Assembly (NCBI GenBank): GCA_963422265.1
Contig: OY729416.1
Span: forward strand, 640,001 to 704,000
Length of the DNA: 64,000 nucleotides
Source of the DNA: Thermodesulfobacteriota bacterium
Lineage (GTDB): Bacteria > Desulfobacterota_D > UBA1144 > Nemesobacterales > UBA2774
Direction of reading: 5' to 3'
The notes under the pieces were generated by a model, which did not search any database, had not been told where the DNA came from, and was given only the letters and a program-made list of their open reading frames with translations. This document shows, one piece after another, positions 28,488 to 39,294 of the stretch; position 1 is the stretch's first letter, and each line of letters opens with the position of its first letter. The position numbers and the translations under genes are program-made.

Positions 28488-30200
28488 CTAAGATAACAAC
28501 GCCTCTTGTACTGTTTCAGCTACGTTCTCAAGTTTAACGTTCTTGGAAGCACCCCCTTTACGCAGCTTTATCTCAGCCTCGCCGTTCTTAATTGTCCTTG
28601 GACCTATTGCAACGTGAACCGGCACTCCGATTAGATCGGCATCCTTTAACTTAAACCCGGGCCCAACGTCTCTGTCATCTATTACCACCTCAAAACCAAG
28701 CTCTAAAAGCTCATTATAGATTTTTTCAGAAGCGGATAATATATCTTCATCTTTAATCTTTAGCGGTAACACGCTGACTTCAAAGGGGGCGATCGCCCTA
28801 GGTAAAATCATACCGCCCTCGTCATGGTTTTGCTCTATAGCCGCTGCTACCGTACGCCCTATTCCAATACCATAGCAACCCATAATAAAAGGCTTCTCAT
28901 TACCGCTTGAGTCCACAAAAGTAGCGTTCATAGCCTCGCTGTATTTAGTCCCCAGCATAAATACGTGACCGACCTCTATTCCCCTTGTTGAAGTCAACGT
29001 TCCGTTTTTACAATTGGGGCACGGATCATACTCTGAGGACACCCTTATATCAGCAAATTGATTAACTGTGTAGTCTCTATCGTGATTGACATTGATAACG
29101 TGATAATCCACTCTATTAGCCCCCGTAACGGAGTTACGCATATCTTGAACCGCTTGATCGGCAACCAAATGAATTTTAAGCCCAACGGGTCCGCTAAAGC
29201 CCATATCCCCACCCGTCACTTTGCGAATTGTCTCAGGGCTTGCCAGTTCTACAAGCTCTGCACCTAGGGCTTTCCTCAATTTAGTAAGACTTAATTCGTG
29301 ATCGCCTCTTAGTAACGCCGCAATAGGCCGTCCGTCAATCTCAACTATCATAGTCTTTATTAAATTAGAGGATACTACATTTAGAAATTCAGCTACTTCC
29401 TCAACTGTTTTCAGGTTAGGAGTATGAATCTCTGACAAGGAACGCAGTCCTTGTTTTGCACTTTCTGAAACGCAAGTTGGCTTCCCTATCTCCGCAAGCT
29501 CCAGATTCGCCGCATAGTTACATTTATCGCAACTCATTATCACATCCTCACCAGTCGGAGCAAGTACCATAAACTCATGTGAGAAATTACCACCTATATT
29601 GCCCGTATCAGCAAGAACCGCCCTAAATTCAAGCCCGCAACGCTCGAATACACGGCTATACGCCTCATACATAGACCAGTAAGATTTCTCCGCTTCTTCA
29701 ACTCCGGCACCAAAGCTATAGGCGTCCTTCATAATGAATTCGCGCGCTCGCATTACGCCAAACCTGGGGCGTATTTCATCCCTGAACTTAGTCTGAATCT
29801 GATACAAAGTGATCGGGAGCTGCTTATACGAGCGTATATCCCGCCTGACTACGTCAGTTATAATTTCTTCGTGAGTTGGCCCTATGCAGAACTCTCGTTC
29901 CGCCCGATCATTAAACCTGAGAAGCTCTCTGCCATAATAATCCCACCTTCCGCTCTCTTTCCATAGCTCGGCAGGTGAAACCGCTGGCATAAGAAGCTCA
30001 ATAGCGCCCGCCCTATTCATTTCTTCACGGACCATATTCTCTACCTTCTTGATTGAACGGAGTCCCAAGGGAAGATAATTATAGATTCCGGCAGCCAGCT
30101 TTCTTATCATCCCTGCCCTTATCATAAGCTTATGGCTTACAATCTCGGCATCAGCAGGATCCTCTTTAAGGGTTGGCACAAAATACGAAGAATATCTCAC
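28488..30200 (-). CDS. proS: Proline--tRNA ligase (bacterial type with INS editing domain)
   Basis: PTHEE, FRDEIRPRFG, SHEF, GIEVGHVF and MGCYGIG motifs; likely GTG start at 30200. Confidence 0.97.
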   Translation of the reverse strand: MRYSSYFVPTLKEDPADAEIVSHKLMIRAGMIRKLAAGIYNYLPLGLRSIKKVENMVREEMNRAGAIELLMPAVSPAELWKESGRWDYYGRELLRFNDRAEREFCIGPTHEEIITDVVRRDIRSYKQLPITLYQIQTKFRDEIRPRFGVMRAREFIMKDAYSFGAGVEEAEKSYWSMYEAYSRVFERCGLEFRAVLADTGNIGGNFSHEFMVLAPTGEDVIMSCDKCNYAANLELAEIGKPTCVSESAKQGLRSLSEIHTPNLKTVEEVAEFLNVVSSNLIKTMIVEIDGRPIAALLRGDHELSLTKLRKALGAELVELASPETIRKVTGGDMGFSGPVGLKIHLVADQAVQDMRNSVTGANRVDYHVINVNHDRDYTVNQFADIRVSSEYDPCPNCKNGTLTSTRGIEVGHVFMLGTKYSEAMNATFVDSSGNEKPFIMGCYGIGIGRTVAAAIEQNHDEGGMILPRAIAPFEVSVLPLKIKDEDILSASEKIYNELLELGFEVVIDDRDVGPGFKLKDADLIGVPVHVAIGPRTIKNGEAEIKLRKGGASKNVKLENVAETVQEALLS

Positions 30201-30594
30201 ATTGGTGATATAATTTACCAAGTATTTGGGTTAAAGACAACACGGAGGAGAGCACGAAACGGTGATGAGGATAGAAGTACCCGTGTCTCTGCTCAGCCCA
30301 TTATTCAGTGTGATGGTTCTTCAGGGTAAACAAGTTCAAAATGACGCAGATAGAAAATCCATAATAATCCTATTTAGCTACCCTACCTTTCAAGCCTATC
30401 TACAATCATCTGTATAATATACCTTCAACAACTTGTTTATAATATAACTTAGTCCTCACAAACATTGACTTTAAGTTATGAGTGGTTACCTTGCCAAGTT
30501 AAACTACATTGAAGCAACCCTTAAATGCATTACCCACAATATAAATTAACTTACAATGGTTCGGTAAGTTCACCGGACATGAAGGGAGATATTG

Positions 30595-31239
30595 ATGGAT
30601 TTTTTCTCAGGCGTTTTTGATATAGTAAGAAAATCTGGCACTTTTGGATATCCGATCATCCTTTGCTCTATCTTTGGGCTAGCCATATTTTTACAAAAAA
30701 TGTGGATGTTAAGGATTAATAAGATTGTCCCTTATGACTTTCTGGAACATCTTTATGGCTTTCTAAGGCAGGGCAAATTTGGCGGCGCTGAGGCTTATAC
30801 AAGGCAATCCAATGCCTCATCAATTTCAAGAATAGCGATCGCGGCTTTTGAAAATTCTAATAAATCCAGAGGCGAGCTGAGAGTGGATATAGAGGAAGCG
30901 GGAGAGAAAGAAGCTCTCGAGCTGACGAGACACATATCATGGCTAGGGGCGATTAGCAACGTCTCTACCCTTCTCGGGCTATTGGGAACTATATCTGGTA
31001 TGATCAAAATATTCGGCGTGATTGCCGACTCTCCAGTAGTCAATCCACCTGAGCTTGCGGGAGGAATATCCGAGGCGTTATACACAACAGCATTCGGGTT
31101 GTTTGTAGCCATACCCGCGTTTATTGCCTACAGATACATATCCAGCAAAGCGGACGAGCTAATTTTCCTCATGGAAGAGGAAGGTAGAAGAATAATGGAA
31201 TACGTCATGGTAACACAAGAAAAAAGTGATGTAGTATAA
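30595..31239 (+). CDS. exbB: MotA/TolQ/ExbB proton channel protein
   Basis: LLGLLGTISGMI and GISEALYTTAFGLFVAIPA motifs. Confidence 0.9.
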   Translation: MDFFSGVFDIVRKSGTFGYPIILCSIFGLAIFLQKMWMLRINKIVPYDFLEHLYGFLRQGKFGGAEAYTRQSNASSISRIAIAAFENSNKSRGELRVDIEEAGEKEALELTRHISWLGAISNVSTLLGLLGTISGMIKIFGVIADSPVVNPPELAGGISEALYTTAFGLFVAIPAFIAYRYISSKADELIFLMEEEGRRIMEYVMVTQEKSDVV

Positions 31240-31254
31240 GCAAGGAAAACTATA

Positions 31255-31692
31255 ATGAAATTCAGACCGCAAAGTAGGCGAATAGCGTCAGCCGGCGGAG
31301 GACTTGACGTTACCCCCATAGTAGATGTTGTGTTTAACCTTCTTATATTCTTTGCAGTAACGCTAAATTTCGCGGTTAATGCAGGGCTTGATATAAAACT
31401 GCCCTCTGCCGCGTCCGCCAAACCCGTTGAAACCAAAGAAATAACAATTAATCTCACAAAAGATGGAAACATCTTCTATAACGATACGAAGATAGAAGTC
31501 GAAAGTCTTGCTCCAAAGCTAAGAGCAATAGAAAACAAGAAATCGGTGGTGGTAATTCGGGCTGATGGTCTCGTCCCTCACGGTAAGGTTGTGAAAGTGA
31601 TAGATATCGCCAAGTCAGAAGGATTATCTCGTCTGGCGATTGCGACTGACACTTCTACAAACGTTAAAAAAGAGAAGACAAAAAGAAACTAA
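31255..31692 (+). CDS. exbD: ExbD/TolR biopolymer transport protein
   Basis: TPIVDVVFNLLIFF, IRAD and V..ID motifs. Confidence 0.9.
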   Translation: MKFRPQSRRIASAGGGLDVTPIVDVVFNLLIFFAVTLNFAVNAGLDIKLPSAASAKPVETKEITINLTKDGNIFYNDTKIEVESLAPKLRAIENKKSVVVIRADGLVPHGKVVKVIDIAKSEGLSRLAIATDTSTNVKKEKTKRN

Positions 31693-32589
31693 TTGCAAAA
31701 TAGATTTCCCTTAGTAGGTTATTTACTCCTCGTGGGAACAGCATTTTTTACTGCTTTATCCTACGCTTTTGGAAGGGCGGTAGATAGGAATCTCGATCCT
31801 GAAACCACGACTTTTTTCTGGTTCTTCGGAGCCTTTATTTGCTCAATTATCGTAGTAATCGCAACTCCTTCCCAAAAAGCCGAAGCTAAAAAACTAAGAA
31901 ATTACATCAAGATTTTCATTTACACATCGATGCTGACCTCGGTGGGAGCGGTCCTCTGGATAACGTCAATAAGGACGATTGGAATCCCTATCACCTCTTT
32001 CCTTATGAAGGCGCAGACGCTTTTCTCTCTTCTCTTGGGAGTGATATTTTTAGGTGAGAGGCTTAATAGAGGGGAAAGCATGGGAATTATCGTAACCGTA
32101 GCAGGGGGAATGATTGTAGCCTACCAAAGCGACACCGTGCTTTTACTCGGCACTTTAGCCTCCCTAGGTGCCGCGTTCTTCTACTCGTGCATGGCGTTTA
32201 TAGTCAAAAAAATCGCTCAGGATCTCAATATGCTTATGGTTGCCTCCCTGCGCGCCTTAGGTGTATCCCTTTTCCTCATTACCTATCTCATTATAACGGG
32301 CACTTTTGAAATGCCTTCCAGTCCGATAGATATAATTTTTATGGCTCTTGGGGGAATTACTGGCGCATATGTCGCCAAGGCAAGCCAGTTTCAGGCGATA
32401 AAGCTTATAGATATCTCTCGCACGACGGCGGTATTGCCTATGGAGTCACTCTTTGTCATTTTACTCTCTTATGCTCTTTTCGAAGAAATCCCATCCAACG
32501 CAAAACTCTTGGGAGGTGCTTTGATAATAACAGGCGTAGCTTTCCTTGTAATTTGCCGGGGACAAAAACCTGAAGTTATGGATAAATAA
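31693..32589 (+). CDS. EamA/DMT-family transporter
   Basis: About 10 TM helices with two EamA repeats (FLGERL, LFEE). Confidence 0.85.
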   Translation: MQNRFPLVGYLLLVGTAFFTALSYAFGRAVDRNLDPETTTFFWFFGAFICSIIVVIATPSQKAEAKKLRNYIKIFIYTSMLTSVGAVLWITSIRTIGIPITSFLMKAQTLFSLLLGVIFLGERLNRGESMGIIVTVAGGMIVAYQSDTVLLLGTLASLGAAFFYSCMAFIVKKIAQDLNMLMVASLRALGVSLFLITYLIITGTFEMPSSPIDIIFMALGGITGAYVAKASQFQAIKLIDISRTTAVLPMESLFVILLSYALFEEIPSNAKLLGGALIITGVAFLVICRGQKPEVMDK

Positions 32590-33205
32590 ACAGAATACTT
32601 AAAAAAGCATAAGCGCAGCAGGCAAGAATCAACTTGACAGATATTCTGTTGACAAGAGAAATACCCCGCCCGCCAATATGCTTGCCCAAACCAGACGTGA
32701 AATGACATATAACAAACCATGCGAGAATCGCCCCCGTCAATACACCGAGGATTAGAAGCACCGCTGAGTAATAATGAGAGACTGCGGATTCTAAAATTCC
32801 CATTATTGAGTATAAAGCGGTTATTGAAAGGATTACAAGTGGATTTGAAAGAGTAAGCAATAACGCCGAACTGAACGCTCCAAAGTGATTCACGTCTTTA
32901 TTAGCTCCTGCAAATTCAATCGGCTTTGACAAGTAAACGCTCAAGCCAAAGAATAGAAGTATCACTCCAGCGGCGACGCGAAACCAGACCTCATACTTAA
33001 CCAACACGTCATATATAAAAGTGAGTCCAAATACTGCGACAACGGCGAACACGGTATCCCCCATCGCAGCCCCTAGCCCCGATGCAACCCCGGAGAGCTT
33101 GCCATAGCTAATAGAACGCTGTATGCAAAGTGCGCCAACTGGACCTATAGGAGCGGAAATTATTATACCTACTAATACTCCTTTGAAGAAAAACAAAACT
33201 GGCAT
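32576..33205 (-). CDS. LysE-family translocator
   Basis: APIGPV, GLGAAMGD and LTLSNP motifs. Confidence 0.88.
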   Translation of the reverse strand: MPVLFFFKGVLVGIIISAPIGPVGALCIQRSISYGKLSGVASGLGAAMGDTVFAVVAVFGLTFIYDVLVKYEVWFRVAAGVILLFFGLSVYLSKPIEFAGANKDVNHFGAFSSALLLTLSNPLVILSITALYSIMGILESAVSHYYSAVLLILGVLTGAILAWFVICHFTSGLGKHIGGRGISLVNRISVKLILACCAYAFLSILFIYP

Positions 33206-33277
33206 AGTTAACCTTGATCACGAGGCGTTATGAGAACTATTATTGAATATATGATACCACTTTTCCCCAGTTGAGAT

Positions 33278-34465
33278 CTAGGACTTGCTTTGAGGAGGCA
33301 TTGGAAGACCGGTAAGACCCCATGCTATTATCAGTAGAAGTGATAGGATCAGTGGCAAGTGCTCACTCATTTCATACAGGTAGCCCGCCAATATGCCACC
33401 CAAGGAAGCCCCAAAGAAGGCTAACAGATTATAGAATCCCGTTGTTGCCCCTCTGCTCTCCTGACCGACTCTTTGAGTTAGGAAAGCAGGGAAGAGGGAT
33501 TGCAAAACCGCATGGCTCGCGAAATAGATCATGCCAACTAGATAAAGAACTGAGCTAGTCCACGCATTAGCAGGGTATATAAGAAAGCTCAAGGCTATAA
33601 GTGCCCAAGCGCCGAGCGTGACATTCCTTAACTTACCTAACCTTTCGGCACGCCTAATAAAAGGATATATAAATAGCATCGTCGGTATGAGCGTAACAAG
33701 ATATACGTGCCATAAGTCACCCGCTCCTACCCCGGCACTAGTCCAACTAAGGGGATAAATAAACACAAATAGGTTGACTGTGAACGACAAGATAAGAGCT
33801 GATATGAGGAGCCTTCTGATCTCAAGGCTGTCAAGAAAACCTAATACATTAAATCTCTGTGTTATTATCGAGTCTTTCTGTATGTGAGGGAAAAAGAGCA
33901 GGGTAACCGTGATTGCAAGGGCGCCCAAAGCGGCGAGTATATAAAAAAGCATAGAGAAGCCCATCTGCGCGGCGAGCAGTGGACCGGCGATGATTCCAAT
34001 TATGAAAGCGGCTCCTATGATCAACCCCACAATAGTGAACGACCTAGCCCTCATCTGAGAGCGCGTAAGGTCTCCTAATGAAGCGATAGCAACCGAGCTT
34101 ATCGCTCCTGAGCCTTGTATAATCCTTGTAAAAATAAGTTCCGTAAGGTTATCAACAATTGCGCACAGTATACTTCCAACGGTGAAGAGGATAAGTCCCA
34201 GAACTAGAACTGGCTTCCTGCCTACCCGATCACTTATCCAACCAAAGGGAATTTGAAGAAGGCTTTGAGCGAGGGCGTATATACCAAAAGCCACCCCAGC
34301 CAACGTCAAGCTCGCACCTGGATATCTTTCCACATAAACGCTGAACACAGGAAGAATTAAAAAGACTCCGAGCAGCCTTATAGCCATAATCACGCCTACC
34401 ACTATGACCGCTTCTATTTCTTGCCTTTCAAATCTTAGGTTTTGGCTGCTATTATTCCCTTCCAT
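33278..34465 (-). CDS. MFS transporter (YajR-like)
   Basis: RLLGVFLILPV, QIPFGWISDRVGRK (motif A) and about 12 TM helices. Confidence 0.88.
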   Translation of the reverse strand: MEGNNSSQNLRFERQEIEAVIVVGVIMAIRLLGVFLILPVFSVYVERYPGASLTLAGVAFGIYALAQSLLQIPFGWISDRVGRKPVLVLGLILFTVGSILCAIVDNLTELIFTRIIQGSGAISSVAIASLGDLTRSQMRARSFTIVGLIIGAAFIIGIIAGPLLAAQMGFSMLFYILAALGALAITVTLLFFPHIQKDSIITQRFNVLGFLDSLEIRRLLISALILSFTVNLFVFIYPLSWTSAGVGAGDLWHVYLVTLIPTMLFIYPFIRRAERLGKLRNVTLGAWALIALSFLIYPANAWTSSVLYLVGMIYFASHAVLQSLFPAFLTQRVGQESRGATTGFYNLLAFFGASLGGILAGYLYEMSEHLPLILSLLLIIAWGLTGLPMPPQSKS

Positions 34466-34583
34466 TAACCGAGTTAGTTTCTATAAGATTCTAAGGAGTA
34501 TAGGGAAGTTAATTCTAACACGCCCAACGCGAAATGATATAAACTAAATTGATATGTCCTAAGAGGCGTGTTACTTTCATAGA

Positions 34584-36131
34584 ATGACCTTTGATTTATC
34601 TTCACACGTTATAGAAACTGACTCGTTTGACAGAGAGCTTTTTTCAGAATTGTGCTCTGAGTCAAAAGAGCTTGCCGATTTGATTGAGAACGGCTCGCGC
34701 CTGCTACCTAAATTTGAAGCATTAGCCCTTGACCTATTCGCTTCCTTTTATAAATACAATATAGTCCTCCTTGAACTAGATAAACAGAACCCTACCCTAA
34801 GAAGAAAAATACTCTCTTTGGCGCTTGAGCAAGAGAAACATAAAGAACTAAGAGAAGAAACCGTTCTTGACGGCTTTAAGTCAGCTATGGCTACGGTTGA
34901 CGTGGCAAATCAAATCCTAAACTGGCTTAGATCGGAGGAGGGTCCCGGTGAAAAATCCCTCATAAGAGAATGGGAAATAGATAATGCAAAGCAGAAAACT
35001 AACGAACTTGGGAATGAAATAGATACATTAGAAGAGATAAAAAAGGAAAGGGAGTTCAGTAAGCCTAAGAATGAAGGGGAATCATCAGAGGCTTTTGAAA
35101 ATGTTCTTGCCAATAAGAGATCAGAACTCTCTAATCAGGAGTCTAAGCTGGGTGAGTTTCTAAAAATACAGGAGAGCAATTATGAAAATAAGGATTTTGA
35201 CGTTAAGAACTTGCTAAAGCAATCTCTAAAACAGACTCAGTATCGGGTAGATGAGTTTGAACAGGAAATGGAGATGTGGAACGCCGCGACGGGGAACTCT
35301 AAGGAGAAAAGCGTAGGAGAAAAACTAGACCTAGCCTCAAAGCTTTTCAACAATGATAAGATAAGAAAACTCGCGCGATTGGTCGGCAGCTTAAAAGAGG
35401 AGATGCTAAGCGCAAGAAAGAAATCATGGTCTAGAATGGGTACTGAGGTTTTCAACGTAGCTATGGGAAACGACATAGGAAGGATAATTCCATCCGAGTT
35501 AATAGCTTTAAGACGTCCTCTTCTAAAAATAGACTTCCAAAAGAGGTTTATTGAGAACAGTCTAGCCCAGTATTACCTTAAAGACGACAAAGGAAGGGGT
35601 CCGCTAGTGATCTGTCTTGACGGAAGCTCCTCAATGGAGGGTAAAAAGGAACTTTGGTCTAAAGGCGTGTGCCTTACCCTTCTTGAAATCGCTAAAAGGG
35701 AACGGAGAAAATTTAATGTAGTAGTTTTTTCTTCAGCAGGTTCTCCACTCAAAATCTTTGAATCCTTAGTAGATGAGGGTAGAAGTGGGTGGCAGATGAG
35801 GGAAAATGACGTATTTGAGCTTGCCGAATATTTCCCAGGAGGTGGAACCAACTTTGAGGAACCTATAAACAAAGCCCTTGAGATTCTTCAGGATTCAAAA
35901 TTCAATGGTGGGGATATAGTTTTCATAACCGATGGAGAATCCAACGTAGGCAATTCATGGCTCAAATCATTTAAAGAGCGCAAGAAAAGACTTAAGTTTA
36001 AGGTTTATTCAGTTTTAATTGACTTATCGGAAAGGGAATCGTGGACGATTCTCTCACGATTTAGTGATAAGGTTACCTGCATATCCAAGCTCAATTCCAA
36101 AGAAGGTCGAAGTATATTCATAGAGGTTTAA
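34584..36131 (+). CDS. VWA-domain protein (ViaA/CoxE-like)
   Basis: C-terminal MIDAS residues DGSSSM, GGTNF and ITDG; GNDIGRIIPSE; N-terminal helical/coiled-coil region. Confidence 0.82.
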   Translation: MTFDLSSHVIETDSFDRELFSELCSESKELADLIENGSRLLPKFEALALDLFASFYKYNIVLLELDKQNPTLRRKILSLALEQEKHKELREETVLDGFKSAMATVDVANQILNWLRSEEGPGEKSLIREWEIDNAKQKTNELGNEIDTLEEIKKEREFSKPKNEGESSEAFENVLANKRSELSNQESKLGEFLKIQESNYENKDFDVKNLLKQSLKQTQYRVDEFEQEMEMWNAATGNSKEKSVGEKLDLASKLFNNDKIRKLARLVGSLKEEMLSARKKSWSRMGTEVFNVAMGNDIGRIIPSELIALRRPLLKIDFQKRFIENSLAQYYLKDDKGRGPLVICLDGSSSMEGKKELWSKGVCLTLLEIAKRERRKFNVVVFSSAGSPLKIFESLVDEGRSGWQMRENDVFELAEYFPGGGTNFEEPINKALEILQDSKFNGGDIVFITDGESNVGNSWLKSFKERKKRLKFKVYSVLIDLSERESWTILSRFSDKVTCISKLNSKEGRSIFIEV

Positions 36132-36161
36132 CCACCTATACTAATGACGCTCCGCTAATAG

Positions 36162-37829
36162 CTAACGCGATTTAATCTGATCTAGCATCTCGCGTGCGGC
36201 GTCTAGGGTCTTTTGCGTAATATTAAGACCACCCATCATACGTGCTAACTCTCTTATCCTTTCTTCCTGATTTAAACTCTTTATAGTTACTCGCGTTTTA
36301 TTCTTTACTAAGGACTTAGACACCCTTACGTGGGACTCGGCAAATTTAGCAACTTGAGGCAGATGAGTTATACATATTACTTGATGCGTTTTAGAGAGTT
36401 CGCTTATTTTTTGTCCAACCCTTTCCGCAACAGCTCCACCTATTCCCGAATCCGCTTCATCAAATATCACTACTGACCCACCTTCTACATTAGCTATAAT
36501 CCCTTTTAGTATAAGCATAATACGGGACAGCTCACCCCCTGACGCAACCCTTACAAGGGGTTTGGGTTTCTCGTCTGGGTTGGCTGAAAACAAAAATTGA
36601 ACTTTATCAATCCCATCTGAGGAAAGCTCTTTTTCTTTAATCTCTACAACAAAACTTGCTCCCTTAATACCTACCTGCTTAAGCTCATCCTCGACTGAAC
36701 GAGATAGCTCTTGAGCTGTCTCGTCTCTTTTTTTTGAGATATTCTTAGACATATCTACCAGTTCTTCTTTTAATGTGGCGCAATTCTGGGTAAGATCGTC
36801 TATCTTCTCATCGTAGCTCTCTATTTCTCTAAGCTCTTTTTGTAACTCATCTTTTTTGTTCAGAATCTGCTCAATAGTCCCACCGTATTTTCTTTTCAAT
36901 ACACTCATATCCTGTAGCCTAGCCTCTATTTCGTTGAGCCTTTCGTTATCAAAGCTAAGACCGGACGCATAGTCCCTGAGAGCGAAAGCCACGTCCTGTA
37001 TCTGTGCAACGCTGCTCTCTATGATCTCAGATACTCCTTTTAATTCACCATCAATCTCACTCGCTTCCTGAATACTGTCAGATAGGGTTTTAAGCGTCCC
37101 GAGAACGGAGCGCTCATTTTCATAAAGCAGGTCATAAGCCACACTAGCGGATCTAAGCAAGAACTCCCTGTGTACAAGCACCTTTCTCTCTTCTTCAAGA
37201 TCGCTATCTTCGGTAAGACCGAGACCCGCCTGATCAATCTCCTCAAACTGGAATTTTAAGAAGTCCTCTTTTTCAATTTGACTCCTCTGGTTTTGAGACA
37301 TAGAGGTAAGCTCACCACTCAATTCTAAGTACTCACGGTGTAGTTTCCTATATTCGGACAATTCAACTTTACTCCCCCCTACCTTGTCTAACACCCTGAC
37401 GTGGTTTTCCTCCTTCAGGAGGCTCTGATGCTCGTGCTGACTAAATATATCTACGACTCCCTCCGTTATCGTCTCAAGCATCCTAAGAGTAACAAGGCTA
37501 CCATTCAAAAACACCCTACCCCTACCCCTGCGTGGGATAGTGCGTTTTATTAATAGCTCGCCATCAGATACATCAAACCCCAAAGAATCTATTCGGTCCT
37601 TTAGCTTGGTATCCAAGGAAAGATCAAAAAGTGCTTCGACTCTAGCTTCTTCTTCACCTGTCTTAATCTGCTCGGAAGTAACTTTATGCCCCAGCACGGT
37701 ATTTAAGGCGTCAACAATTATAGACTTCCCTGCCCCAGTCTCTCCTGTAACTATATTTAGGCCGTTACTGAAACTGATGGACAGTTCATCTATTACTGTA
37801 AATTGTCTAAGCGTGAGCCCAACTAGCAT
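36162..37829 (-). CDS. recN: DNA repair protein RecN
   Basis: TGETGAGKS, SQHEHQ, ASGGELSR, FDEADSG and ITHLPQVA motifs. Confidence 0.96.
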   Translation of the reverse strand: MLVGLTLRQFTVIDELSISFSNGLNIVTGETGAGKSIIVDALNTVLGHKVTSEQIKTGEEEARVEALFDLSLDTKLKDRIDSLGFDVSDGELLIKRTIPRRGRGRVFLNGSLVTLRMLETITEGVVDIFSQHEHQSLLKEENHVRVLDKVGGSKVELSEYRKLHREYLELSGELTSMSQNQRSQIEKEDFLKFQFEEIDQAGLGLTEDSDLEEERKVLVHREFLLRSASVAYDLLYENERSVLGTLKTLSDSIQEASEIDGELKGVSEIIESSVAQIQDVAFALRDYASGLSFDNERLNEIEARLQDMSVLKRKYGGTIEQILNKKDELQKELREIESYDEKIDDLTQNCATLKEELVDMSKNISKKRDETAQELSRSVEDELKQVGIKGASFVVEIKEKELSSDGIDKVQFLFSANPDEKPKPLVRVASGGELSRIMLILKGIIANVEGGSVVIFDEADSGIGGAVAERVGQKISELSKTHQVICITHLPQVAKFAESHVRVSKSLVKNKTRVTIKSLNQEERIRELARMMGGLNITQKTLDAAREMLDQIKSR

Positions 37830-37869
37830 CAACTCTAAGCCTATCCCCAACCCTGCTTAGGGATAAGGA

Positions 37870-39138
37870 TTATTCTCTTATCTGTCCTTCCCCATAGACA
37901 ATGAATTTGGTAGTAGTCAGTTCCTCAACGCCCATAGGACCAAAAGCGTGGAGCTTAGAAGTGCTTATTCCTATCTCGGCGCCAAGACCTAGCTCAAAAC
38001 CATCACTGAACCTTGTAGAGGCATTCACCATCACGGTTGAAGAGTTAACACCATTAATAAAAGCCTCTGAAGTTGAGTAATCCTGAGTAATAATAGATTC
38101 AGTGTGCATAGAGCCATATTTCTCTATATGTGCTATAGCTTGATTAAGATCATCTACCACCCTTATGCTTAGAATAAAGTCAAGATATTCCTCATACCAA
38201 TCATCCTCAGTAGCTCTGGCAACCCCTGGAACTATATATCTCGTCCGTTCGCAGCCTCGTACTTCGACTCCTTCTTCCCTCAGCTTGTTAATTACACGGG
38301 GCAAGAATTTATCTGCAACGGCTTTATGAACCAGCATAGTCTCCATAGAATTGCACACCCCCGGACGCTGCACCTTGGCGTTTAGGCAAACATCCTGCGC
38401 CACAACCAAGTCAGCACTCTCGTCCACGAAGACGTGGCATACGCCTTTATAGTGTTTAAGCACTGGTATCCTTGAACTCTCTGAAACAAACCTGATAAGA
38501 CCCTCTCCCCCCCTTGGAATAATTAGATCAACAAATTCCTCTAGCTTGAGCATTTCAAGCACTGCCTCCCTATCCGTAACCGGTATTATCTGAACTGCGT
38601 CCTCTGGCATCCCACTTTCCTTCAGCGCAGCCCTAAGCACTTCACCTATAGCCTTGTTAGACCTTATAGTCTCAGAACCACCCCTTAGAATTACGGCGTT
38701 ACCCGACTTGATGCAAAGCCCTGCTGCATCCGCCGTCACATTGGGTCTAGATTCGTAAATTATTCCTATCACCCCAAGAGGAATCCTCATCTTACCTACC
38801 CTAAGACCGTTAGGACGTTTCCATATCCTGACAACTTCACCGACGGGATCAACTAAGGAGCCGACTTCTCTTAAACCTTTAGCCGCCCTCTCAATTCTAT
38901 CCGGCGTAAGGGTAAGACGGTCAACAAGCACCTCAGGTAACTTGTTGGACAAGGCTTGTTTCACGTCTTCCTTATTTTCCTTAATTATAAGCTCCCTTTT
39001 CTCCAGAAGACCTTGAGACATCCTTGCTAATGCCTTGTTCTTTGAGGCAGTCTTAGCCCTTGCTAATGCCGAAGACGCATGTTTAGCCCTTTCAGCTATG
39101 CCACGTAGAAGTTTTGGTATTTGAGAGTTATTAGACAT
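37870..39138 (-). CDS. proA: Gamma-glutamyl phosphate reductase
   Basis: [30 protein letters not shown] and EIGIST motifs. Confidence 0.96.
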   Translation of the reverse strand: MSNNSQIPKLLRGIAERAKHASSALARAKTASKNKALARMSQGLLEKRELIIKENKEDVKQALSNKLPEVLVDRLTLTPDRIERAAKGLREVGSLVDPVGEVVRIWKRPNGLRVGKMRIPLGVIGIIYESRPNVTADAAGLCIKSGNAVILRGGSETIRSNKAIGEVLRAALKESGMPEDAVQIIPVTDREAVLEMLKLEEFVDLIIPRGGEGLIRFVSESSRIPVLKHYKGVCHVFVDESADLVVAQDVCLNAKVQRPGVCNSMETMLVHKAVADKFLPRVINKLREEGVEVRGCERTRYIVPGVARATEDDWYEEYLDFILSIRVVDDLNQAIAHIEKYGSMHTESIITQDYSTSEAFINGVNSSTVMVNASTRFSDGFELGLGAEIGISTSKLHAFGPMGVEELTTTKFIVYGEGQIRE

Positions 39139-39294
39139 GTTTTCACATTAGTTTCAGATAGTTGAGTTGGTTTGAATCATCTGCTAAATGGTAGTTATAT
39201 ATAGCTATAAAGTCAAGGTAACATACAGATACTTAAGTTTTTTACATAAATTTTCTAAAAACATTTCAAAAAAATTAAAATCTGATACAGTATT

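Noticed and set aside
30595-31692. exbBD without an adjacent tonB as a novel system
   Set aside because: Stand-alone exbBD-like pairs are common, and nothing else here is unusual.
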